From: Ascoidea asiatica JCM 7603
Lineage: Eukaryota; Fungi; Ascomycota
Assembly: GCA_001600695.1 (NCBI GenBank)
Contig: BCKQ01000007.1
Span: 767,712 to 831,711, forward strand
Length of the DNA: 64,000 nucleotides
Direction: 5' to 3'
This document shows, piece after piece, positions 50,900-64,000 of the stretch. The translations under genes were made by a program, and so were the position numbers. Numbering within the stretch: the first letter of the stretch is position 1; every line of letters begins with the position of its first letter. The notes below the pieces were generated by a model. The model made no database searches. It saw only the letters and a list, made by a program, of their open reading frames with translations, and was not told the DNA's origin.

Positions 50900-52928
50900 G
50901 TTTTCGATTAGTCTAGGTTTAAAAAATACTACACAACTATTTTGCATCCCAAATTTTGATCATTCTAGGCTCAACACTCACTAGACGAGTATTCCCATCC
51001 TGACTTTTGATCCCCATGTTTGATCACTCTTAATCCGTTCTAGTTACTGGTCATGTTTGGATCGTGAATTGAGATATTTCTGTTTTGGCAAGTTTGTTGA
51101 AATTTATTTTTTATTGGTGTCTGGTTTATCTTTATCCCCAACCTAAGCTAGCCGCTATTGCGATAGCTTTTAATACTATAGGTTCAATATTACTTTTCCA
51201 TTCGTCAATATAGTTAGAATTATTAATGAAGAAGCTCCCATCTGGTGTTCCTATTTAGATACTTTAGTTTCCCTAGAAGAAGTTCGAGCTCTAAAAGATC
51301 ATGAGTTGTATATCATACATTTTGTATTTAATATAAAAGTTTTTCATTCAAATTGTAAATTCGCGAAACCCAAGGCAATGTAGAGTAATTCCAACACCAA
51401 ACGAATCCGAAATATGATTCTGGTTTACGCCAGTGGTTATATTGAATCTGTTTTTCCACCTTTATAGGTTAATTGAAATGTTCTCCGATCGTACTTGAAA
51501 TTGTTCTGTTGGAAAAGGAAACATTTAATTGGGCAAACATTCCAAAAGCTTCGTAAAAAAAATGTGCAGAACTGTTTTATCTAGATTTTTCGTTGATCTT
51601 ACGGTTAAGGGCATAGAAGAACCAGTATATAAAAATTCTAATCACGATTTCCAGCAGAATTCCCTGAATATCTCTTCATGAATTCCAACATTTGTCCGTC
51701 GGCTTAAAATTTATGGTAGGAAATTTGCCGCTTTTTCAAAAAAACTGTCAATGTAGACAGTAGGGGTAGTCGTGGTTACGTCTAGGTCTCGGATTGCCAC
51801 AAGGCAAGAATATACCTTAAGTATTACAAATATGTTTTTCTGTGACTCATAAAACTTTCCAAATGAAATATAGAGTTCCAGGAAAGAAGACGGTGTGCTA
51901 TCATGTTTTCCCAACAACTGAAAAGAGACGAAACCGACCCGAAAGTCCCTCTTTAGCAGCTACACAATCGACCATGTAAATGTTATTTCGCGTTTGTTTG
52001 TTTAAATTTAAAAAACAGTTCTCCTTTAATATTGTAAACTCTGGAAGGACTAGTCCCAAAATTATAATTAAAATTTGTATTCAATTCATTTCACAGTTAG
52101 ATGTCAAAACATTGTTTATTCAAAGGTTTATACAAATATTTCTCAAATTGCGGTACAGCAATAATATTTTAGGCTGATTAGTTTTTTCTTGAGCCGACAA
52201 ATAAACATGTTTAAAGCAATGTGAGTTGTTTGCTAACAAAGGTTTTGGTTAAGTGATTGGAAACATTAACAGAAACATAGTTTTACTCCGAACTCATTAT
52301 TAGACTGAATCCACTTGAATTATCGGAGAAACTAGAAATATGTAAGGCAACAATGTTTTCCATTGAAAAGTGAAGGCGTCTGACGGCTGATAGTTAGGGA
52401 ATTCCAAATGATGGAATAGCTTTTTCTGCAAAGTGGTTCAAAAACCGTGGAAGATCTCCTTTATGTAGGGTCCACATAAAATAAGTACCACCACTAATAG
52501 GGTTCCCCTCATGCTGACAAAACCTGAAGGATTTATACAAGGTAAAGAAATGAATTGCCATTTTGGCTTGGGCAGCGATATCACCGATAACTGAATAGGT
52601 ATATATCTTATTAGAAATATTTGTTTTTCCGCATTTCACATAATCCAAAATCCCTCAGAAGCGTCTTTCAAAGTTTAAACTTAATTTTTACAATGATGGG
52701 CAAAATTTTTGTTCCTTGCCCAAGTGAAAAATATAAAGAAAAATTTTTCAATCTTGATTGCTCTGAAAAACTACCTTTAGCAGAATTTTGGTAAATTGTA
52801 AGCTCTCCAATTTCTTGAGGTGGAGTGCAGCACTTTGAATCTGCCAAAAAACCTTCAGTGTATTTTCTTTTTGATCTGCGAACTAATAAGGCATTTTTCC
52901 ATAATCGGATGAAAGATTGTGTGTCTAA
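50900..52928 (-). pseudogene. CACTA/En-Spm (CMC) Tnp2-like transposase remnant; its 5' part probably continues at ~59857-60800 beyond the Copia insertion
   Basis: VIGDIAAQAKMAIHFFTLYKSFRFCQHEG.....YF matches the GD.PA.AK...F......C.FC...G signature. Upstream YTEGF...YFSLGQGTKNF...ASEG follows the DG...G..KP...EG order. Confidence 0.6.
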
Positions 52929-52933
52929 AATGG

Positions 52934-53188
52934 TTGGAAAACAAGGAGGTTTGGGGTTGGTTTACTAGAACTACGAAGTGTAAGGTGAGTTTTGACTAGG
53001 AAACCCTGTCGCAGACTTATCTTGCTGTAGTGGAGTGATGTTCCGGCCTCAACCTTAGGTTCGAAGTAAAAGGTAAGAGAGCCAGCTCCTTAAATATCAT
53101 AAAGATACGGGAGGGTAAACCTTGGAAGGATGAAAAACCCAAGAGATTATTTATATTGGGTTCTATATATGGTATATCTACAGATATA
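52934..53188 (-). repeat. 3' LTR (255 bp)
   Basis: On the minus strand it begins TATATCTG right after the PPT-like CGGAGGC, and it aligns with the 5' LTR. Confidence 0.88.
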
Positions 53189-53959
53189 GCCTCCGATTGC
53201 TCAGAATGGGCAATCTTCTTGTAAAAATGATAAATAAAACTAATGTTTCATTTAAGATTGTATCATCTGAATTAGATTTTTTCATTAAGATATCTAATAA
53301 AATAAATTGAGTGTAATATCACATATAATTAGTTAATAAATGTAATAACATTTCTGTTTCTTTTTATATCATTTTTGATATTTGTACATGTAATAAAATC
53401 TAATGACATCTGTAAGTGTCTAAAAATTTTGATTAACATTTATCATGTTAATTTATTCAATGAATAAATAAAGAACTTTTTTGTTCTACTGTTATAACAG
53501 TTAATAATAACTAATAATAATGTGTTTTGGACTTGTTAAAAATATAATATGTTCATAAAATCTTTTAGATTTGTTAAATACTGTTGTTCTGTATAAGCAT
53601 TTAATTTATGTTTTATTATCTACTATATTGTTCTTGAAATAAGAATATAAATAATTTGTTTTAATTGTAAGTTACAGGATAGTAATCTTAGTATAATCTA
53701 ATATAATAATATTATGCTAAAAATATGAAAGACAATTTGTATAATGATCTTTAAACTAATAGCTTGTTCATAGTTAATTGTTAAATAAATATGTTTTAAT
53801 ATGTTATTATTTCTTATGAAATGTAATTGTAATAGTTTTGCAAAAATTGTTCAAAGAATGAATAAATAAGCTGTTAGTAATTTAATAAATAGAATGTAAG
53901 GTCTTACTTAAAATTGGTGTCTTAATGTAATTCAATATTATCTTTTGAGTCTTTATTAA

Positions 53960-56900
53960 TATCAAAATTGTGAAAATTTATAACAAAATTATGAAAATCT
54001 AAATCCTCTGTAGTTTGCATATCTCCTAAATTCTTTTTGGTGTTAACATATTTGATTTCAATGAAATCTTTAGAAATATTATTCTTTAATTTAAGTAGTT
54101 CATTTAAAGTCTACTGATTTTTAATAAAATTATTATTGGTTGCATTTCCTAACCATTTTAAAACACTTTGTGAATCAATACGTATAATTATTTTTGTAAT
54201 TGTATGATTAATTACTTTAAATAAGTTAAAATAGTATATTGAATGTGAAAATATTCTATATAAAGCTAATAATTCTGCTTCAGAACCGCTAATTGCTTGA
54301 ATATGTTGTTGTGGTGAACACGTATGCAAAAAATTATTACCAATTAAAATAATACCACCATTAGTACTTTTGTGTTTAAGATTATAGTTACTATCTGAAA
54401 AAATTGTTATTATATTTAAATTATTTGATTGAATTTGTGGAAGGATATTAATTTAATATTTCAAATCTTGAAGTAATCTTAGGATATCAGAAGGTTGTGC
54501 ATTAATTGGAACTTTATGAAGCTTTTTTGTTAATATCATCAAAGGATGTTTTAAATCCATTCCAACTTTTGTTCAATATATTAAGTGTCCAAGAATACGT
54601 TGTACTGGTTTTACATTAAATTTATAATTATTATTTAAAATTCTTGAAAATTTTGAATGATTAGGTGATCTAGCAGGTTTTATATCCTGAAAATTGAAAT
54701 TATTTAAAATTTTAGTTATTTTATTTGTACCTGGTAAATCTATTGATAAATTGTGTTTATTCAATTGATATTCTATTCCTAAGAAGAAAAATTTTGATGG
54801 ATTAATTTGAAATGTAAATTTGAATATTTTCTTTAAATTATTTATAATTTGAATGCATTCAGATTTCTTACCATATAGAACCAAATCATCAACATATATA
54901 AGTAATTGAGTTGAATGTTTTGAAAATAAAGAAACGTCAAGTCCATTCATCATGAATCCTTCATCTATTAGACAGGATTTGATTGTGCAATACCAAACTA
55001 ATGGAGCGAAAGGACTTCCATATAAAAGTTTTTCATCTTGTAGATTGAAATATTAATTTTTATAAATAAATTGTCTTTTAATACGTAATCATTTTGATTA
55101 ACCGCTGAAGTAAAATCTCCAATGATTAATTCATTAGATGGTTTCGATAAATATGAAATGAAAAATGTCGTAATATTTGTCGTTATAGGACCATAAGAAT
55201 CATACTCCCTTAGATAATTAGGTAATTTTCGAAAACTATTAAGTACGATTCTTATTTTCTTTTTATTATTCTCGTTTATAGTTCAAATGAATTTTGTAGA
55301 TAACATATTTCTTTTTGGAGTTGATTCCCGATTTCTATCATTTGATAAAGGTATAATTGTTCCATAATTCATTAAATTATTAATTTCATTCTTTGAGGCG
55401 ATATGCCATTCTTTTTCTGAATTATTATTGAATCCTTCATCTGCCAAATCATTTTCACTTAAAATATTAAAAATTGGAATTGATTGCGATGGAATATTGA
55501 TAACATTATTTAATAAAAAATCTGGTTTCATTTTTTTAAAATTTACTTTTGATTCTGTATAATTTTCTATTACTCGTTGATTGTCAAAAGTTATTTGTTT
55601 TGTAGATTCTACTTCTATAGGAAGGTCTAAATTTTTTGCATTCTTACTTGAATTTGATGTGAAATTATTATCTGTATTTAAAACTATTGATTGATTATCT
55701 TCATTTATGACATTTAAGTCAGTAGGAATACCTGGGTATTTATGAGAGGGTCATTAATTAAACTTTTCATTGAATTGATTGGTGATTCATTAATTGATAG
55801 AACTTTTGCCGGGACCGTTAAACTATCAGAAGAATGATATTGAAAATTATTAAAATTGTAATTTATATTAGCTTCTGTACCTGTTTTACCACTAGGTATT
55901 ATTTGTTTTGTATTAATTATCAAATCTCTATTGAGTAAGTAAATATTGTACCCTCCTAGGTCAGGATGATGACCTAGAAAGATTCCAACATTGAAATGAG
56001 AAACTTTATTTGTATCATTGGGATTATAGCAATGTACACTTTCTCCAAATGAGGCTGAATATAGATGGTAACTATCCATCGATATAGTAAGATCTATTGT
56101 AGGTATTCTGATCTTTATATTATCAGTATTGATCGAATTTAAATTATTATTATTTTGAAAAAATATATTTTCATTCATAGTAGATTTTTCATTAAATTGG
56201 TTGGTTTGATTAACTATATGCCTTTTTGGAACATTATCATTACTGAAAGGACTTATATTTGTAAATTTACAGTTGTACTTAAAGTAAATTCCCAAAAGTA
56301 TGTTGAATATGCCTCGAATAATAATTTTCTAGAAAGCCGTAAAATTTGGTAGATTCTGTTTTGAATGATAGTATTAGTTGAATGTTCTAAACCTGGACTC
56401 TTCATGAGTTGAAGACCCAAATTTTTAATTTGAAATTCAAAATTTTCATTAAACACTTCAGGTGCTCTATCAGCCTGTAATTTTATAACTTTAGTATCTG
56501 GTGAATTTCTATCAGAAAATTGAATGAATTGAAAAATATTATTCTGAAATTAATTTCTCTTTTTTTTATAATAAACTGAAGTAAATCTTGATCTTAGCTC
56601 ACTAATTATGAAGGCATAATTATTACCGGATAAACTCGGAGCACAAACTTTTCCGACAGCAAAACCTATGCTTGTACTCAATCTTGTCACTTCGAATTTG
56701 AAATTGTGGTTTTGTGGAAATAACTTTGATTAATTCTACACGTCTCACAAGTTGGGTCTTGACTCTTTATTGACGGTAGTTCTTGAGGAATTATTCCAGT
56801 GATTTTCAGTGTATTAATTTTTGAAGCAGTTAAGTGTCCATATAATATATGTAAATGATTAGCCAATTTTTCTGCTTTCATATACTTTAAATATTTAAAT

Positions 56901-57330
56901 TGATTTTTATTTTCTTCTTGTAGAGCTTGTTGAGTAATATTAACTTGCTATACACCAACCATATTTATTTTTATTTTATTAAATTCAGCAGCGATATATC
57001 TACCGCTATATTCATAAATTGTATTATGATATTCTAAAATCATTTTATTATTTGGTTTAAAAGTTGTATTTATATTATTATTTGTTAAATCAGTTATTGA
57101 AATCAAATTGTTGAAATTTTTATGATATACCATACTTATGGATAAGTGTATGTTTTTGATGAATATTTGAGCCCTGAATTTGCCATCAAATTTAATATTG
57201 CTATTATTACCCAATACTATATTAAATGGTTCACAATATTCAATTGTAGAACATTTTAAAAGTTCTAAATTATATTTTGTTGAAATAAATGCTCCAGAAC
57301 CGAGAAGACAATTTTGCAATAAACGTGACT
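53960..57330 (-). pseudogene. pol: Copia pol remnant
   Basis: PR: CLLGSGA (D changed to G). IN zinc finger HILYGH...CETC and core LQADRAPEVF. RT: EWHIASKNE, LYGSPFAPLVWY, LLIYVDDLV. RH: IFSDSNY, SGSEAELLAL, IDSQS. Confidence 0.92.
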
Positions 57331-57479
57331 CTGGATTTTTTGGCTCTTTTCATTTTATTATTCACAGTGTTAACATTTATATCAATCGATTTTGATTTAT
57401 CTGTAGTTTAAAATTTGTTATTATAATTAGAATTTGAAGAATTAGAAAATGAATTAACTTTATTACTTTTGAATGAAAG

Positions 57480-59083
57480 CCCTACATTAAATTAAGATAT
57501 ATTGTCTTTTGGCTGGTAATTATCATAATCGTCAAAAGCATCATAACTTTGAGGTGTGCGAACCTTCGCGTTAGTTGTATTCTTATTATTATTATTATAA
57601 TTTGAATTTGAATTAGAGTTTTTGTCTATATTATTATTATTATTGTAATTATTATTTTGTTTTCTAAAGTTATTTCTATTATTATCAGGTTTTTCTTTAT
57701 ACTTATTATTGTAATTTGTTTTATAATTATTATTAATATTGTTATTATTATAATTCTTTCTGAAATTATTATCTTGACGGAAATTTGTAAATTTTCTTGG
57801 TTTGTAATTATTTTATTCAGGTTTAAATAGCTTGTTTTGATCTTTATTATAATTAGAATTTCAATAAGTATTTGCTGAAGTGAATTTATTATTGTTTTGA
57901 TTATGATTGAATCTAGGATTAATTTCCTTTTTCCTGGCAGAATTCATTTCAAAAGATGGAACTATATTTGCTTTAAGATGATTAAAAATATTTTTAATTG
58001 CATCAGCAACTTCCTCTGATTGATAATTAGGATCTAATTCAAGTTGTCTTTTGTAAAGTGGACGCCAAGTTTGATTTGGAATACAATAAAAATGTGTTCC
58101 ACTGAATATTTTCGTAAAAATAGTTGATTCAATTTACTGTTGAATAATCAGTTAAGTCATCAGAATCATAATCTGAGTTGGTATACAACATATGTAGACA
58201 ATAGCTATAATTTCTTGTTGAAGCTGGAACAGCATAATAATCCTTATACATTTATAAAGGTGTTGATAAATATTTATTAAAAACTGCTTCACTACTTAAT
58301 TGTCTACGACAATAAGTTTTTATCTTTTGAATTTGGTCTTTAGGTGACATTCGTGCAGCAATATTTTTTCAATTGGTAACGAATGTGAACATCTAATATT
58401 CGAGTTGATTATAGTAAATAAATTTTCATTTCTAACATCATCAATTTTATCTGCTTTTAAAATTGAATTTTTATCTTGTGTCTAAGCTGGAAACTCGAGT
58501 GTGAGCGCTTCTCTGAGTGGAATACAACTTAAAGAAATCACTGGTATCTTTAAGGGAATTAGTATGCTTGAATTGATTTAAAGCTCTGGTTTGATAATTA
58601 ATTAATGTAGTAGAGTTTGTGTAATTTTTATGCTCTTTTGGAATTTGCATTAGCAATACTTTCACTAGTTAGATGATTGACGTAGTGAGTGGGTAAAGAA
58701 TAGAATTGAGTTGCATTATTATTTTCAATATTTGAACTATTATTATTTGAATGATCAGTAGCATTAGAAGGATTAATTTGATTTTCATTTCTTTCACTAG
58801 AGGAATTTGAGTCCATTAAATTAAAATTTGAATTTAATGGTGGAATTTGAAAAATATTTTCAATTTCATTATCAGATACATTAATTGACCTAGTAGGAGT
58901 ATGAGGTTCAGCTGTACCTATCATAGTGCTCGAAATTTTAGTAGGATCAATTGTCCCTGTTGCAGCATCATTAGTTGAAGCATCGAGTGGCAAATTTATT
59001 GCAGTTGCTTCTTCATCCGAAGATAACTGTGCTGGAGTAGATCTAGTGTTTCATGAATTGGCTTTTTTTGGGGAACGGGCCAT
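57480..59083 (-). pseudogene. gag: Copia gag remnant with an Asn/Arg-rich C-terminus and no recognisable CCHC
   Basis: ATG at 59083 (MARSPKK), followed by ORF fragments 58628-58993 and 58471-58665 and an N-rich tail just upstream of the protease. Confidence 0.65.
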
Positions 59084-59256
59084 GCCTAAATATTATTAAT
59101 AATTTGTAATTTATGATTCTTTATTGTAATTAAGTAAGATTTGAATTCTGAGTTGAAAAATGTTTTATTTCATTAAATATTAGTTGTATCATTAGTAAAA
59201 CTTGTTGAAAAAATGAAAGTTATTCTTCTTTTTAAGATCTGAGACTATTAATCCAG

Positions 59257-59851
59257 TTGTAAATCAAGAAGCTTTACGCTTGGTTTACTACAATCACGAG
59301 GTGTAAGGTGAATTTTGACTTGGAAAACCTGTCCTATACTTAACTTGCTGTAGTAGAGCAATTTTGCACAACCTTTTTTTTGATAAGTGGAGCTATAAGT
59401 GGAAGCTAAGTGAGCTCCCCTTGTAAGAGGAAGACACTTAGCAGACCAGTTACGAGATAAGTGGAGCTATAAGCTCCACTTATTTGTTGAGTGCCGTTAC
59501 TCTTTCCACTCAAATTCAGGTATGCAGAAAACTAAAATTTATTAATTTTTTTCTCTGTCGCAGATTTAAGGGAACACACGTGAAAATTTTCGTGTTATTT
59601 TTTTAAAAATTTAGGACGCCATTTAACTGGAGGCCTAACTGCCAGACCCTTAGGGCTCCAGTTAAAAAAAAAAAACTTCTGCAAAATTGTCTTAGTGGAA
59701 TGATGTTCTGGCATTAACCTTCGACTGCAAGTAAAAGGTAATCGAGCCAGCTGCTTAAATATCATAATGATAGGAGGGTAAGCCTTGGAACGATGAAAAA
59801 CTCAAGGGATAACATATATAGGGTTCAATATATGGTATATCTACAGATATA
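59257..59851 (-). repeat. 5' LTR interrupted by a MITE
   Basis: 59257-59354 plus 59697-59851 align with 52934-53188. Confidence 0.88.
59355..59692. mobile_element. MITE-like non-autonomous DNA transposon (338 bp)
   Basis: Absent from the sister LTR. Imperfect ~25-bp TIRs AGAGCAATTTTGCACAACCTTTTTTT / AAAAAAAACTTCTGCAAAATTGTCT. TAGT is duplicated at 59351-59354 and 59693-59696. Confidence 0.85.
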
Positions 59852-61149
59852 AATCGCTTTTAAAAATGTAGCCAAATGAGCAAGTTCAGCATCAATATCA
59901 GGCGTTTTTCACGGAATGTCATCTTCTAATTATTCCTCTTTTGTTTTTAAAGGATTGTTCAAAGTTTTGACGGTCTCAAAAAAGGAAGAACGGTTGTAGT
60001 GTGACTCTACATACTATTGGGGTGCAAAAAGCAATACCGAAGCTGGGCTTTCCAAAATAAAAATCCTAGTGTAATGCCGATTTTTCATTAAGAATCGAAA
60101 AAATGGTGTACCCCCCGCAACTTATCAGGGGCATTTTGGAAATCGCATTAGTAGAGAGAATCCTTAAGAAGCAAATTGTAATGCAATTCTGTCATTAGTT
60201 TAAAATTTACCAACAAATCGAGAGGGAAGAGTTTTCAGATATATTCATAGATGGTGATTGTGTGACCTTTTCACATCCAAAAACAATTTAGAGGCCGAGG
60301 TTCTCGTCCTAATCAAAACCAGAGAGCAACTGATTAAAGCATATTTTAGGCCCTACTCGAATGTCCCCATTTTATAAAATAATAACTCCGGTAATTAGAC
60401 CTATTACTGATCATTGTGACTTCATCGTGAAGTTGCGTTGGGGATACCATAAGTAGAATCTCATCATCAGAGAGACTTGCATTATAAGCTTCAACGTCCA
60501 AATCAGTATCAAAGGCTCTAGCTTCCCGGTTTCAGTTAGTGATTTTTCGTTCACTATAATCCCTCTGCTGTATGATCCTGAGTTATTTGCAAAAATACTT
60601 AAACATCATACTTTCGGCCAAACTACTATACTTCTTCTGCAGCATAGGAAGAAGTACTGCTGAAGTATTTTGTGGGACGTTCCATATGGCAATCTACTAT
60701 AAGACGGATTTTTTCATATGTGATTGTTTGACGGGGAAACATGTTCTCTGAAAATTCAATTTGATCTGACCATTTAGAGTACTCTTCTGAGGGAATAATA
60801 CCCTTGAAAACTACGAGTGACGATGGTTGACAAATTTGATAGTTGACATTTCAAGTGTGAACACAATTTGTAGCACCGGTTTTAATTTTCTAATACTCAA
60901 AATGCTTCTTATTCCAAAGCAACAAAATACGTAAATTTTTTTGAGATATACGCCAGATTTGATAGAATCTCCAAAATAAAAAAAAGAGGTAGACAAAGTC
61001 TTAAAAGAAGTTTTATTTTGCTGAAATGTAGATTCGTGCCAATAAATATAGTAGAAAATCGGTATATTACTTTCGTAATGATAATTTCACGTCAATTGCT
61101 TAGGAGCACATACACGTTTGAGGACTATCCTTGAAAAAGAATATAGAGA

Positions 61150-63920
61150 ACAATAAACACCGCCAACTTGCTAATGAACTCAAATTTTAGTTTTCCGTCT
61201 AGAAATATTTATTTATATATATACGCAATTTGTTGGAAGTCACTGTGACTATAATGTATGTCAGGTATAATTTTTTTTTGCTCTTTGAATAAAAAAAGCA
61301 GGCAAAAATCAGGATCAAAATTTTAACGCGATAAGGATGCATCCCGTTGGTTGAAAAACGATGCTCTGAACTTGAGCACTGGAAGTTGTTGAAAAGGTGC
61401 ATATCTTCTGATTTCAAAACTAAAGACCAAAAACCTGCTCCTATTTTTGTTAAGACATACCAGACAAATCTAGAACAGAAATTCAAATCAAAAATTTAAC
61501 CCTACCCTTTTCGCCTCCATCTATTAAACTGGGATGGATAAAATTGCGATGAAAAAGTTAGCCTTCCTTTTTTCTGATCCAAGATGGAAAACAAATAAGG
61601 ATCAAGAAATTAGCCTTCTTTTTGTTTATACTGTGCATCTCATGGAGAAACAAAATTTAGTTTTAAAGATCAAGAAACCACAAAAAAAGTGGTAACCGGC
61701 TCCATTAACTGTTGTACAGTAAGCAATAATTGTGGAAATTATTCAAATTTCAGACCAAATTAAGTAGCGAAGGCAACGTATATTCTGGTGGAGTTCAAGC
61801 ATTAGTTACTTATTAAAGCCGACATTTTTTAAATGTAGATGTATAATCAGCGAATTTCAATCACTCGTGATAATGGTTCTCCACGCTATCTAATGTTGAC
61901 TAGACGGACTGTGTTTTAGTAGCTTATTGCGCTTTAAATTCAGCTTCTGAGCTATTCAATACACATCCAATAACAATTTTATAATTTTCATACCTATCAA
62001 AATTTTGTTAGGGTTTGCTATAAAGGTAATCTTTTCTTTCATTCTTTTATAATTGTTATTTACTTTTCTTCATATTATTTTTCACGTTAAGTCTGTAAGT
62101 CGCATGGAGATACAAACCATTAAAATCCGTCTTTTTTATTTTGTAATTAATATCTAGCAGAGATGGTTGCTAAGTTATTAGTCATGAGTAGGCTTGGCAG
62201 CTGAATGGGCTATTATAATACGCACAAAAGCAATACTCCAAGGGTGTTGCTTAGTTATGTCAGTAATGCGGTGGTCCAGATGTTCCATTTTTTCTCCTAT
62301 ATGTTTGATAATAATGCAGCATATGGCTTTGAAATGAAATTGACTGGTTTTGTTAGAAAAATTAAGATGAAGGCAGTCAAAAATTGCAAAAACTGACAGT
62401 TGTTGTATAGGAATAGTTTCATATTGTGATATATACCTAGCATTTAGTGAATAGGTATTACTAACAACACTGAATGATTAAAATTGTGAAGATGAACAAT
62501 ATGGTTCTTGAGTACCTTCTTTTTATCTGGGTTGTTGATTGTAGTCTTCGAGAGCTGGGGTTATATTAGTTTAATCTATAATGTTTAAAATTCTTTTTTC
62601 GTATAGAATACTTATTTTTTTTAGTTTTTCTTCACATAAATATTCCTGGTCACGCTACCTTTTGGTTAATCCTTAAATAAAACTCCGGTTGATATTCTGG
62701 ATTGTCTTTTGTGCAATAAGTGCTCCAAGGCTGGTTTTGTGGGTCAAAATACGTTCCGCTAAAAAACTAGTTTTTTAGGTATCCTTAAAACTGGCTACCG
62801 TGATGCACATGCTATTAATAGGGGCATCCAAATGTTTCCCGAAACAATGCAAGTGTTGGTTTAAATACGGAAAGTGATTAGCACTTGGTCGGTTCTTGGT
62901 ATTATGTCTAAATGCCTGGGGTATAGTCTGCCTTGTTATAACATTTAAAGATTATAATAATATGTTATATAAATATTTAAGTTACCTAATATATCTAAAG
63001 CGAATATATTTTTCTGTAAACAAAGAAAAAGAAAAATACAAAAGAGATAAAGAAACCAAAACAGGAAAAGAAAGCAATTTATCTTAAATTAGCAAAGCCG
63101 AAAGATCTTTCCAAAACAGCAGCAAATTCCAATTAAGCAAACAGTTGCCAAAGTAATTGAGAAAGTGCAAAATTTACAGACAAGTTAAAAGATTTCAATG
63201 AAGTGAAAATTTTTCATTAAAAAAAAACAAAAAGCTTTTGGATCCCTCGTGCCAACCAGGTGACTACGCAAACATGTGATCTGACAAAACCCAAACAATA
63301 CAAATAATTAGAACGCACACAGAAGAGCCCTGGCGCATGATAAATATTAGGGTTAGCAGGCAGTACAACAAAGAGACAAACAGCAAACAAATAATTGAGT
63401 GTTAACAGTCTTAAGTAAAACAGAAGTAATTGCATGAGAAAGTAATGGTAAACAGAAGTAAGTAATAGATGAAATAGATGAATAAGTTATTAGGGAATGC
63501 GATCGTAAAAATATTTAATTTCAATCCAGTTGTAGAATGCTATTTGTAAAACCTTTCTCAATTGTCTGGCGGCAATATTATGGCAAAATATATGATTCCG
63601 GTTATGTATCTCTAATGATCTACAGCTATTTATTGGAATAAATGGTGTTATATTAATCTATGGATCTTCTTGTTCCCCAGAACCAAACTGCAACGAGAAA
63701 GTGAGACCACATATGGATCTATTTAAACTATCCGAACCGCTGCAGAAAAAGCAAAGCCTTCAAGACTAATTGATAAAAACTTGAGTCAGACGGAATGAGT
63801 TGCATCACAGCAGGAGTTGGCAGATCGCAAAGTTGCTCACAGCTCATAACCGGTATATTCCACCAAACTCCGTAATAAGACGGCAATGAACCTGTTTCAA
63901 AAGCAGGAAAAGAAAACAAT
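61150..63920 (-). pseudogene. Degenerate LINE ORF2 (APE + RT) remnant
   Basis: Minus-strand order: VWWNIP and NIYHAP (APE WNI.G and NIYAP), then NIWTTALLT (cf. NWRPISLL), TDFNGLY (cf. DF.KAYD), LKFADYTSTF (cf. FADDT) and FAT*FGLKF (cf. SGL.IN). Confidence 0.5.
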
Positions 63921-64000
63921 CGAAAAACAACAGGTTAGATTGGAATAGTGCCCAAAGATGCCCTATTAACTAAAAGAGATAAAACGAAGAGAATCAACGA

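Larger units (their letters stand above)
52934..59851 (-). mobile_element. Second, older full-length Ty1/Copia element (~6.9 kb, decayed)
   Basis: Direct repeats at 52934-53188 and 59257-59851 (the latter with a MITE), ~84% identical by eye. TSD AATGG/AATCG (4/5). Internal gag-PR-IN-RT-RH on the minus strand. Confidence 0.92.

Noticed and set aside
57330-57580. Programmed frameshift at the gag-pol junction of the minus-strand Copia
   Set aside because: GCG-AAG-G is present, but the +1 frame hits a stop and all frames are broken by decay.
62105-62135. DNA polymerase B motif (DFNGLY, Polinton-like)
   Set aside because: The surrounding motif order fits LINE RT better, and no other PolB motifs were seen.

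Overview
AT-rich eukaryotic (probably fungal) DNA made almost entirely of nested, decaying transposable elements. I found no intact host gene, tRNA, rRNA or CRISPR array. The centrepiece is a complete but mutated 10-kb Ty1/Copia LTR retrotransposon (7900-17882, +). It has 224-bp LTRs with non-canonical AAT...ATT ends, a Ty5/copia-type half-tRNA PBS, a 1.4-kb leader with six copies of a ~42-bp motif, and an ~1000-codon ORF1 with the CCHC knuckle in its middle. It also has a candidate programmed +1 frameshift (GCG-AGG-C) into pol and a triplicated PPT-like motif. Other LTR elements: an older minus-strand Copia (52934-59851) whose 5' LTR carries a 338-bp hairpin-rich MITE, a very old Gypsy (~38077-44471), three ~1035-bp solo LTRs with perfect 5-bp TSDs, and further Copia and chromovirus-like fragments. 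There are also remnants of a Ginger/KRBA2-type integrase, a CACTA/En-Spm-like transposase, LINEs and possibly a hAT. All alignments, translations and counts were done by eye, so boundaries of the degenerate remnants are approximate.
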